Both the position numbers and the translations under genes were made by a program. Below the pieces are notes generated by a model. That model made no database searches. It was not told where the DNA came from and saw only the letters and a program-made list of their open reading frames with translations. A stretch of 63,808 nt of DNA, counting the filler, from Basidiobolus ranarum (Eukaryota): assembly GCA_040143965.1 (NCBI GenBank). It is 11 parts of 11 records of this genome, joined end to end, with 100 filler letters (N's around TTAATTAATTAA, not from the genome) between each part and the next. Parts side by side here need not be neighbours in the genome. Positions count along the whole stretch, not along the records: positions 34,931 to 40,634 come from JASJQH010008396.1; positions 40,735 to 46,433 come from JASJQH010008397.1; positions 46,534 to 52,229 come from JASJQH010008398.1; 8 more parts are not named here. The stretch is one strand, 5' to 3'. Of this stretch, positions 38,085 to 50,058 are shown one piece after another; the first letter of the stretch is position 1, and each line of letters opens with the position of its first letter.

Positions 38085-38249
38085 GTAGGCCTATGACAGA
38101 CAAACAATAGTAACGAGATGCAAATACAACTGCCATGGCTGATTCTTGTATGGTCGATTCTTTCTGATTCTAATTTATAATTGAGACAGTTTATTGGATC
38201 CTGCAACAGAGTTACAATGCTTCAGATCCTTGAACTGAATTACAATGCT

Positions 38250-38528
38250 TTAGCAGTAAGTACTCTTGTAGCAGAAGGTTTTAGCGCCAATCTTGTCATG
38301 GCAGCATTTCGACATGCATTGAGAATAATCTTCATCGATGGTCCAGTACTTTTTCTTTGAATCATAGCCCGAGTTATAACAAGCTTTCCCGCAGTCGTAA
38401 GTTGGGTATTCTCCAGGTAAAGCGCAATCTGATTTCTTTGAGCACCAGACCATCATTGGACAGCCACCAGCTTCGATGAGAACGGCCAATTGAGTAGCTA
38501 CCAAGAGAAAAGTAAATCCAGTCTTCAT
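38250..38528 (-). CDS. Small secreted cysteine-rich protein (paralog 1)
   Basis: Signal peptide followed by a 70-aa region with 10 Cys; paralog at 39150-39422. Confidence 0.9.
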   Translation of the reverse strand: MKTGFTFLLVATQLAVLIEAGGCPMMVWCSKKSDCALPGEYPTYDCGKACYNSGYDSKKKYWTIDEDYSQCMSKCCHDKIGAKTFCYKSTYC

Positions 38529-38881
38529 CTTTGAGTTTGTTTTTTCTCTTTTATGATTTCATGCTTGTTATATAGTATACCGATAGTTACACCAACCAAC
38601 GAAGTGGATCCAACAAGGTATCTTCTTTACTCTTGGTTTGGGTTACGTTTTGTCATCGGGTCACACATATAGTAGGACGCTTTGGGTAGCATATATTAGT
38701 AACGAATGATACAAATGAAATGGTGCACATCGCCTCCGAATATAGCAAGTAAAGTTGGTCTAATACACTGCGGATATATATATCACTTGTGTTTATGATG
38801 TCACAAAAGTTGTGTGCATTATCTTTACCCGATAATGGTGATTCAAGTACAGTATACCATTGGACGAACTATTGAATCAAG

Positions 38882-38997
38882 CACACAGATGAAATACAAC
38901 ACACAGATGGACCGTTAGATCAAGCACGCAACACACAGATAAAATACCACACACAGATGAACCTTCCATATACAACACACAGATGAACCTTCCATAT
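38882..38997. repeat. Irregular array of five CACACAGAT(G) units
   Basis: Copies start at about 38882, 38900, 38932, 38950 and 38976; the last two share an extended AACCTTCCATAT tail. Confidence 0.85.
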
Positions 38998-39149
38998 ATT
39001 TTCATGCAAACACAACCGATACTAATAAACACAACTGATACTAATGGAATCAAGTATTAAAAGATTCTAGTTATATAGCAATTGATGTATTTATTACTTC
39101 ATTCCAGTCAGTGAATGATTTTGTGGTTAGGTTAGCTAAAGCACTTTAT

Positions 39150-39422
39150 TTAACAAGAAGAACTTTTGAAACAGAATGTGTTGGCACCAATCTTCCTGTG
39201 ACAGCAATCGGACATACACCCAGCATATTCGTCAATGATATTCCAGAGCTTTTTATCAGAGTCATAGCCAGAGTTGTAGCAATACTTTCCGCAATCATAA
39301 GTAGGGTATTGTCCCGGTAAGGCGCAGTCGGACTTTGTGGAGCACCAAACCTTCATAGGGCATTTGGCTTGGGCCAGAGCAGCAATGCAGAGAGTAAATA
39401 TAACGGCGAATCCAGACTTCAT
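39150..39422 (-). CDS. Small secreted cysteine-rich protein (paralog 2)
   Basis: Signal peptide MKSGFAVIFTLCIAALAQA and the same 10-Cys spacing; 52/70 identical to paralog 1 over the Cys-bounded region by manual count. Confidence 0.9.
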   Translation of the reverse strand: MKSGFAVIFTLCIAALAQAKCPMKVWCSTKSDCALPGQYPTYDCGKYCYNSGYDSDKKLWNIIDEYAGCMSDCCHRKIGANTFCFKSSSC

Positions 39423-40734
39423 TGTTGATTTTAATAGCAGAACTTCATTACCATTTATATAAGTTGACCGATTACCCCAATAAGGGAATTTTGTCGCTCA
39501 CAATGATAGTCAAAATAGAGTTTCCTACGCATCATCAGGTCAAAGCTGATCTACCAATACAGTTAATTCTGTCATACCATGACCTGGCTGAACGAGTAGA
39601 TCATTTCTAAATTGATTGAGAGGGAAACATAGTGAAAGAAGGACCTCTTTCCTTCTTTTGGCTGATAATTGACTTTGCTCCAGTAGGCTTGCGAGTAAGC
39701 CGTATCTATAATGTGTAACTGCCTATCATATGCTTTTCCCCATGCACAAGATGTAATATAGGAGTATTGTCAGGGCGCCCAGTACACGGGTGCAAAGCAT
39801 TAGTTTTAAAGAAATCTCTCACAAGTTTTCCATATTTTGAATTTTCTGGTTATTGATGCCGAAGCTTTCTCTGCAAGGATTTGTGTTTCATTAGAGTTGT
39901 GCTATATGCAGATTTTTCATCATTGGTGCAATTTACGAAATACACTAACACCAATTGCCCAGTTGCCTCACTGGTTTGAGGAAATGTAATGCGACTAGAA
40001 CTGTACTAATAATTATGAAGTTATAGATAAACATCTGAGAACATAGTTATACACTAATAGCAATTATTTATATTAACTTCCCTGATATATATATATTACT
40101 TTATTAACCCTACCTATATACTAAAAGTAACTATTTCTATAGTATCTATACTCCGAGCAGCACACAAGAGAGCAAGGATAATAATGGTTGTAAATTATCG
40201 AAATAACATAATTACTTTTAAAATCATCGGCATTAAGATCAATGCTATTATATATATATATAAAAACTGAATTCATTTTCACAAATAACCCTGCTAAATC
40301 GAACACGTATATGTCAAGTACCTGGCAATGACGATAAGATTGATAATATGTATATAGCTGTTACCTGTATAAGACTCTTATATCTATTATGATTTATTGT
40401 ACGCTGATCAATGTGAAACAATAACTCGAAATTAACTACACTGGAGGTTAGTAAAGTTAAAGTAGATGTTAAGGGATTTTAGAAACTATACATTTTAACC
40501 CAAGAAACTTATATTCAGGGATAAACTCCAAAAATGAAGTTAAGCACCATGGCACTGCAAGGAGGCATTGTTATTCTTCAACCAAGCAGGAAGGTTCACA
40601 AAATTACCTGTGTAGTCCACGGCCCAGGCTCTGCNNNNNNNNNNNNNNNNNNNNNNNNNNNNNNNNNNNNNNNNNNNNTTAATTAATTAANNNNNNNNNN
40701 NNNNNNNNNNNNNNNNNNNNNNNNNNNNNNNNNN

Positions 40735-40944
40735 GAATATCTTCCTATCTCCTTACAACCTTTACCCCTTCACACTGTAATTACATCCTTAGAACTGGAT
40801 TATATTGGTCATCAAGTTAAGTATGGATATGATCCAGTTTTGTCACAATATCTTAGAGGATTGATGTCTTAATTGTCACTATGTTTAGATTAGTATTTAA
40901 GCTAAATAAAGTCCACACCACCTGGTGCTTTTCATCCCCCTACA
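40735..40944 (+). repeat. End of an LTR-like repeat (family C)
   Basis: Homologous to 34931-35112; ends in CCCCCTACA. Confidence 0.7.
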
Positions 40945-41020
40945 CATTAGCGAGACTACCTGTTACCCAATTTAAGTTGCTACTTGCACGTATTGCTGAA
41001 AATAAGGCTGAACTTCAAAG

Positions 41021-41475
41021 TAGATACATAACTTTAATAATAGCACGAAGGAGATATTGGGGAAATATGCTCATGTCGAACCTACATTCAGCAATAACTA
41101 TAACCCAAAACCTCTTGAGTTACCTTTATGGAGAGAACAAGAGAAAAAATATGAATATGATACATTCAAGCAGTCTATTGATAATGAATTGAAAGATATC
41201 CCTCCCGCAAGTCGAAAACAAAAACGTAAAGAAATGCTGCATATACACAAGATATCTTGGAGGATCTAAAATCGACAGTATCATTAACTGGAAATCAGAC
41301 AAGCATGATCGCGATGAACAGAACAACAGGCATGACTGTGCAATCCGAATTCAATTTAACTAATCCGGGAGTACCACTTGAGCTTAGTCCTCGTGTTTCT
41401 GTCCTAACTGCAAGTACAAATACCACAGATGATGATGTCCACCAAGAGGTAACTAAACCTAGGCGATCTAAGTGA
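41021..41475 (+). pseudogene. Possible frameshifted gene remnant
   Basis: Two overlapping protein-like frames (41057-41269 and 41257-41475) lie immediately downstream of an LTR-like end. No family recognised. Confidence 0.3.
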
Positions 41476-44400
41476 AAGAAATGAGAATTACTCTACAAGT
41501 CACTAGGCATTAGATCAAAGTGTGATAGTGGACATCATTGAAGCAATTGTCAGTGGTTTCACATACGAAACTCATTTAATTGAGAATTAGGTGTTGAGAT
41601 TAGGCTGTGTAAAATTTTCCCAGTACTTTTCTTGTGTATAATTACTTCAGCCCCATGATACACCTCTCCATTTCGTATCAGCCTACATCTAACATTCGAG
41701 ATGATCTTTACTGATACATTTAACCTTTACCTTTTACAAAGCGAATCTATCAATCAATATGGCTCGAGATTATCAACCCCACCACCCTTTGTCCATGATA
41801 AATAATCTCTTGCAGTATCAGAACGCATAATTATCACATAGATGCAAGCCGAGTTTGTAAAGATAGAGGCTTGTATAACAAGTCGGTGGCGCTTGAGATA
41901 TCTAATCACCGTATGGAGGTCATTAGAAATAGCTACACTAGAGAGAATATGGTACGATATGTAAAACATTTGCATGATATAAGATACGGAGTTACATTGT
42001 ACCGTTTGAATTATTATCCGACCATCCTCCCCAAGTGCAAGATGAATCTGTGAAAGCAAATACAACACAAGAGTAACTTTGACTAACTATAATGTGTGCT
42101 TCTTGGCTTTCTCCCCAATCTATTACTGCTGTGTACAAAGAAGCTGATCATTGCCATTCTGATATAGACCGAGAGCCTGACTTCCAAGTTAGATCGTTAC
42201 CGGGGCTCAATCTTTGAGTTTAATGTATAGCACCCAATTAGTCTCTTTTTTACGGAGATCTCGTCAGTACAGAAATATTGTGGACGTTTGGTTGCACCGT
42301 TAGGCCCTTTGAAGTAACCAATGTTGTGTTGACTACTTAGTCTTGCATAATCAATGATATTAAATATTTACTTCAAGTGCTTGGCCTATATGATCATTAC
42401 CGGAGTTTGGTATAGCAAATGTTACGCAAATTTGGTTACTTCAACACAACTTATCTCCAGCTGATGATATCAAATCACTACTTTATTTCATAGATTAACA
42501 ATAAGCACCGGCAATTGGTGCCATCCGATGTAGACGTCGTGTTTTTGTTTCTACATGCCATACATTTTGAAATCGGAATCCCAAGCAGTGTCTTATTTGC
42601 TATAGTTAACATCAAAATTGAGATGATCGCAAGTAGATGCAATATAAAGTGTGAGCGTTGCTGTCAATAATTGGCTCTACTCCATACCTGCCTCCATTCG
42701 ATCCAGTCCTGCTTATTCGAGCAGCTTTCTTCAATACCGAATACCAGCACAGAATATTCGTTCAAATTCCCATGGCGTAGAAATGACGTTACCTCTTATT
42801 TTATCTTGATTAGGCTGTACCTGTCCCCAACCTCATCCTGGTTATGATTAGCGTTTTACCATTAGACATCGTTTAATGCTGCACACCATTGAATATGCAA
42901 ATTAGAAGATCTTGAGTATATTAGTGTTAGCGATTAGCCAATTGGGAATCTCCTCCATGATCTACAGAAGGCTACAATGAATCATGTTTGGATCTAGTGC
43001 TAGGTTACCTATGCTCAGGGCTTAGTAAAGCAAGAAAGCAATGAAGCACCCAAGATGTAACATCCACGGTCGAATTCTTTATGATTCCGGATCTATATGT
43101 GTTGTCTTGTAGCAGGCAAGAGATCCAGTTTATGTAACTTAAAGCTTCATTCTGCGAAAGCACTCAAGGAAATCTTTTGCGTTGATCTGCCCAGATTCTC
43201 TATCTTGGTGTACGGATGGTAACATGATGCACATATCTACGATCTAACTAGTCAGAGATTCAAACACTAAAGCAAGCGGGTGGATTGGTTTTTCATTTGA
43301 TATGGAAAATGGTCACATGTATGTAGGATGCTCGACTATAGATAGCTCAGGATTGGATCTTGGGAACGGAGGTTGTAACCGAGTCATGTGATTCGACAGA
43401 AACTACGTTCGAAGGAGCTTACAATATAACTAAATTTAACCAGAATACTAGTAAATCACTCGACTTGGAGCTTGAACCAAACTCGTGATGGCAACTGATT
43501 CCTATTTGGTTCTTGGTACCATGAATCAATGGGTCCATCACATAATGGATTCGTGCGTTAATTCGCAAGTCTTTAGAAAATTTTGCAGATGTTGTCACCA
43601 AAATCGGTGTTCGGGAATGATATTGGGCTGCTCGAACCATCAGGTTACACAATCCTAACTTCCATAGGATGTGCTAGCTGAAGCTCAAAGCCGTGGAACA
43701 AGAATGAACGTTGGCCGCATTATCTTCGGCTTATGGGAAGCAAACGAATGATTGGAAAGGTTTGTGAGGAAAAACATTAACGAATCGCCTGGACTGGGAT
43801 TTGTTGAATTAACAGAGAAGATTTAACCGAATCCTTCTGAAACCTAAATGTTTGTAACTCTATTTGTACCTTAGCACATGTCAACATACAGTGCCATCTC
43901 ACATCAAATGATTGAGTCCATCTTAACCTGAGACCCAGGAAAAACTTTGCAAATGAATATGCAAGGCCAAAAACGCATGAGTGGCAACTAATGCTCAGTA
44001 TGATGGACAGGTAATATATTGCTAATCAGTAGCCTCACTAACGAGTAATATCAACCACCAATATACGAACCCTAGGTCTCTCACCGTTGTTGTACAACGT
44101 AGCATGTGTTGTAAATATTGATACCACTTAATTATAGAATTCGATGTAGATTCGATGAAATTTCATTTAATATTTCCTATTTTTTCTGTTCCTTATTCTA
44201 CCAACAAACTAGTTTTCGAGTCCGAAACCCCACAAATTGTGCTTTGAGGTGTCTTTATTTACATTTAGCTTCGAAGTCCGGTTTGTCAACTGAAATCATG
44301 CTTTCAGTACCAAACACAATCTTCGTACCTGAATGATTGAGTGGATGTGACTCCAATATTGGGTTGAACCTACAAATCCGATTTCCATTATTGTGGAATT

Positions 44401-44522
44401 CACTGCAGCACGGCCACTACATAAATCCCGGCTGCGATAGATTTGGCCGCCAAATTCCAGAAATTTTCATTTCATCAACTTTGTATCTTCACCTTAATAG
44501 CCTCCTACACTATTAGTACACT

Positions 44523-45654
44523 ATGGTATCGTTGCAGGAGAGTGAGCTTACACCGGAACTTTCCAAAGTAGTATTTGAGCAATTTCAACAGGCCAAGCTT
44601 TTCACTTTCATATATGCTGCGATGTTTACCGCTATGGTTCCTAATTTTTTCTATGCCACTCGACTAATCATAAGACGAGGATGCAGTACTGCAGCGCCAG
44701 TGATTTGTTTCTTTCAGTCTCTTTGTGCGTTGGCACTCATGACAATTGCTCTATTCGCATATATTTATCCTATGTCAAATTGTCAACTCCAAGGTCGAAT
44801 TATCGAATCATTTGTAATAGCGGTTCTAATCGGGCTTCATTCTCTCCTGTTCGTCAAAGCTTACTTTGCTGTTCAAAAACCCTTTTGGTTGTTGGTTGTT
44901 CATGTGATTCTTGAGGTAGCTTTTGTTGTCTCTGTATTAATGGCTGCTATTGACGAAAAGCATATCCGTTTGGAAGTGCAGAAGATTTGCATTAGTGTAT
45001 TACCTGAGGACTGGCTGCTTGTAGAATTGGTATTAGATATTGTATTCAACGTATTTTATTCTGGCATCTTCCTGTGGGTCTTGAAGGTTCAACAGAAGCG
45101 TACCAAAGGGACACATTGGGGATCGCTCATTAAGGATGGTTTGATTTACATGTTTGCCATTACTCTCTCAACCACCATATTGGTTGTCATATCTATTATC
45201 AATGGTCCGGCTAAAACGGGAGTACTTCTATTTGCTGTGGCAGGTAAAGCATCGCTATCTCTGAATAGACAACATCGGGTTTGTCAGATAATTGATAACA
45301 GACACTAACAGTCGCGTTGCCATTATAGCTGTAATTGGGTCTTGCTTAATGACAAGTCAATTGTGGAAATCTGCCACCAGGACCACCCATATCACCGCAA
45401 GCTTTTTGACTGATGAGGCTTCTAAGCGATCCAACAATAACGGAAGCTCCTCGGGCCAAGCCACTCGGCATGATCTTTATCATAACATAGAGAATGGACG
45501 TCATGAGTCTCACGAATTGAGAATGGTGAAATCAAAGACGGGGTTATCATGTGATTGTGATGCGCCTAATCATTCTCATGATTGCTTTTGTCAACCAAAT
45601 CCCGGAGGAAGTCGGCCAGAGAGTGTTCTTTTAACAGTGAAAAACTTGAATTAA
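44523..45654 (+). CDS. Multi-pass (7TM-like) membrane protein with a cytoplasmic tail; one intron
   Basis: About seven hydrophobic segments, with Cys in predicted extracellular loops. Intron 45244-45328 (GTAAAG...CTAAC...TAG) joins the two ORFs in frame. Confidence 0.78.
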
Positions 45655-46533
45655 TCACTACTTTCACATAACATAACAGCGCCACATTTTCATTAACATA
45701 TATATGCTATGGCCTTGCAAATTAATAACTAGTTTCTTTTTACTAAAGGATAGAGGTTTGCGCTTCCTAACTCTTATACAACTACCATCCATTATGCTAG
45801 ATAGCTTCATTGAATTTTCTCCTTAAAAGTACTACCTTACCTTCTTCACCACTTGTATATTTTGTCTTGACGTTTTAGAAGCCATACTAATTAAATCTAA
45901 TTTATATGTGGACTATGTTAATTAATAAAACTACGATATTTAAGGTAGTCACATCAAGAAATTTGACTGCCTCACCAAGCATAAGGTCAATAGTAAATTG
46001 GCAAATCGGCAAGATTTCAATTGTGAGTTGAATCGCATTGCCGGTGATTTACCGAATTATAATATCTATGCAGTTAATTGCAAAAGAAACAGAGAGGATA
46101 ACTCTATTTGGTACAAATCCAACATTCATTTTGACCATGCAATTCTAGGCTCTATTTGTTGACAACACCCACCAATACCTGGCCAATCCTTTCAAGTGTA
46201 GCACACCATATAGATACATGGTAACATGTGTGTGTGTGTGTGTTGTAACTCGAGAGAAAAATCTTGATTTGAACTGAATCCAATAAGATTTCTGAGACTT
46301 TAGGGCACGCAACCCTGGTTGGGAGAATCCTCATAGGCACCGAGAGTTTTTGTACCCAACCATCCCCAAAACTCTTTTTATTGAAGTAGGACAGAATGAT
46401 TTCACCGTCTTTTTAAACCTGAACATTTGCCAANNNNNNNNNNNNNNNNNNNNNNNNNNNNNNNNNNNNNNNNNNNNTTAATTAATTAANNNNNNNNNNN
46501 NNNNNNNNNNNNNNNNNNNNNNNNNNNNNNNNN

Positions 46534-48300
46534 CTTTCCGTAAAGTAGACTCTAGTGTATCTTGCTTAAGCATCATTGAATGTGATAAAATATTTTTTTC
46601 CACCTAAGGGTACATTTTGTATAGGCTCACACAAATCCAAATGAATTAGATCCAATTTTTTGACGGATTTGATTAAACCAGAGCTCTTGAATGGTTGCCT
46701 GGCTTGTTTTCCAGATATATAACCCTCACATATTTCCATTTTGATTAGGAGGTTAATCTAAGTTCCAGAAATTAGGCAAATATTAATTATTTTGCTCAAA
46801 TAATCAAATCTGATATGACCAAAGCTCTTATGTTATAATTGAATAGTTTCTTAATTGGAATAACTTATATTTATACATAAACCTTGTGGATTAGATGTAT
46901 GTTTGTATCAGTTCTGATTCATTTCTCCCAAAGCTAAATAATTCTAATATTGATCTGTGATTGTGCATCTTGACTTATCAAAATTGAATCTTAGCCCTTC
47001 TGAGGTGGCCTTGCACACCAATAATAAATTCTTGGCAATATTTAGAACTTGTAGTACATCCTTAAAATTATACACTTTCTGTTCAAAAGCTCTGGTTATC
47101 CTAATGGCATCAAATGTGCTGTCAATTCCTGTGAAAACCTTTCTAACTGGGATTTCATCATAATCCACAAACCAATGTTTTTCATGTGTGAAATGTTGGG
47201 AGGCTCCAGAATCAATATACCACATCTAAGACACCATGTTGGTAGTCATAGATAGAACAGATATGAACAAGTGATCTTGTGTTGTAAACACATTTCCAGA
47301 TTCAGTATGTTTTTCTTCTTTTGCAATTCTTAAAAAGCAATTTTTGCTTAATGGCCAGTTCTGTTAGAGTTATCACAGAATGTGTTATTTTTCTTCTTGA
47401 AGTGATTTTGACCTTTATAGGAAGGTTTCCCATGGCCAAGTAGAACATTTTCATCATTCTTTTGGTTGGATCCTGATTCTCATAAATCTTGATCCAGAGG
47501 TATGCAAAGTATATATTTTAAGGTCACATTTTCAGTTCTTCATTCTAGAGCCATTGCTAGGCTCTAAACTTGTGTGGCAGGCTATTCAGGACTGTAACTA
47601 TGATATCTTGATCAGTAGTGTGTATTCCAATGCATACATCTCATCCACTTAAATAGTGACTCCATTAATTAGTGATTTAATGTTTTCTCCTACACTCATC
47701 TTTAAGTTAGAGAATTGTCTTCTTGCAAGCATCTTATTAGCAGCAGAATAAGTTTGGTAAATGTCTTCCAATGCTTTCCATATGTTCTTTGCAGCTTTAG
47801 CTCTTGAATATTGAATTAGCAGTTTGTCTTTGACATTAAGCCATATTCTGTTAAAGGCACTTTATTCTTTTTTAGCCTGAAGTGACACTTTGGTTTCATA
47901 CAGTTTAGGATAGTTTTCTTCTTCTACAACAGTGTCCCAGAGTTTCTTTTCTTGCAGCAGCATTTTCATTTCATTTTCCAAACTTGATAACTGGTTCCAT
48001 CCAGATTTTCAGAAGAGGAAAAAGTTCCATAAATTTGAGAAGTAGAAATTATAGGGAGTGCAAGATTGGGCTCATAACCCATCAAAGTAGTTGGGAGCCT
48101 GTTGGAAATGGATTGGAGAATTAGTGAAATTGATAGTATTCACATATTGATTTATTGAGTAGAAAGTTGACATTTATAGTTTTGTCCAGGTGGAAACAAA
48201 CAAACATGTTGAATATGTTAGTAAAGGTCCCAGGAACATATGTGCAAAGTTTGGGGCTTGTACAACAAGTTTGGAGAATCTATATATATGAGAACTTCTA
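46534..48300 (-). mobile_element. Copia family A 5' half: LTR, PBS, gag, protease and integrase start (degenerate)
   Basis: LTR ~48080-48300, PBS GGTTATGAGCCC at 48068-48079, gag LDGTSYQVWK, decayed zinc knuckle ~47337-47385, protease WYIDSGASQH and integrase GKQARQPF...LIHLDLC. Confidence 0.92.
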
Positions 48301-50058
48301 AGTAAATTCCTGATGACCTATGCACAGCATACTTTGACTTGATGAAAATGGAATGAACAAAATTAGAAAAGTTGATAGAAAATCTATCAGTTAGAAGTAT
48401 AATAGACACTCTGACTTGTCAGCACTTTATCCTCCTGAAGTGAACCACTCTATTGAATGAAGTCAAGGAGCATGCTTATAGTATGACTTTTGGCCAATAG
48501 TAAATTTCAAGTGCTCCCTGTCAGAGGTAAATTCCTGGCGAAGGTACTGAGATTAGAATCTTGATATTAATATCGAAGGTCTATCGTTAACTAAGTTATT
48601 GGTACAACTCTGCAGTGGTTCGGCTGGGGGAGTATCTCTTTCAGTTTTGCTAATGATCGACACTGTTCAATTTCTATACCTGGCCAATTACGAATCTTTT
48701 TAGTTTGTACGGACCTAGAAGACAGCATTAGCTCGGGATTTGTATCTACAGGTTCCTTTTTCTATCACCAATCTAACTATACTTTACAAAAATCAAAGGA
48801 GAGTAGAAAAGTGGGGATTTTCGTATTACTGTGGATGAGGAATTCATACATACCCTCTTCATAGATAGCACCACCATAAGGAATGAATCATTCTTTCATT
48901 TAAGTGAAGAAGCAGTATTCTCATATCGATTGAAACCATGGGGCAGTATGCTCAGTTCCTCTCTATTCCCTATATTGTACCCTCTACTAACCATCCTTGC
49001 TAGGGTCTTTTCATCCCGCCACTACCCCAACTCTTCCACATGCAGCTTGCTTCTGCTGTTCCCATTAATAGCAATCTTCAGTTGAAGCTCTATTGCCTGT
49101 CGAAAAGGCATATCTTATTTACTGGGGACAGGGTATGGCCAAACTTAGGCATACTTTGTGTGAAGGGTAGTATTAAGATATTGAGTAGATCAGAACCGCT
49201 GCTCCGCCACGTTGTGAATGAATCTTATACCAAGCCGTTAGTATATAGTGTATTGTTGATTTTGATTGGCCAGTTGTCGAATATTAAATTAAAGATAAAC
49301 TCATGAAACAAGAAAATTGCCTTAATCAGCCATTTATGGAATCCTGAATGCTTTGAATTATAATTCCAATATTCCCACCATCTCTAGAAGGCCGATTCTA
49401 TAGTGGGAAAGGGAAAATCGATGGATTCCTTATTGCTAATCCAGATCAATATATCAGGAAAATCTTCCCAGCTGGACATGGAAATGAAATTTTCGAAAGG
49501 ATATTCCGGGCATTCATAGATGTATTTGTTATCACCGTGCTCACTAAAATTATCAATTATCCCGTTCATGTAAACGAATTATGAGCATATGCATCACTTT
49601 GACGTCAAATCACCCGAAATCGTTGTATTCTAAGGCGAGACATTACAAGCATGGATATATACAGTCGAAGATCTACCAAAGAAGGGAATTGGTGCTTACC
49701 AACTGGACATACATAGACAAGTGAACTGCCAAGGCTCTAGTATCCTCCGTCTACAACGCGTTCTTTAGAAGCGCTAAACTAGACCGATCATCTGAATGTT
49801 AATCAGAGCTATAATGGGGATTTATTTTTTATTTGATCAAGTGGTGGTGGGATAGGAAGAATAAACAGACAAAATGTAGAAACTATAAATTCGATAAAGC
49901 TCTCTAAGCGATCGTTGGTATCAAAAGTATCATCGGATAGGTGAGATTAAAGGATACAAAACGTCCCACCTTACTCAAATGATATTTACACGTAATTCTA
50001 GTACATCGCTATTTTAGGAAGTGTTGGGAACAGGTTCTAGTTCTGGTATTTCGAATGT

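Noticed and set aside
46227-46242. (TG)n microsatellite
   Set aside because: Short, ordinary simple repeat.
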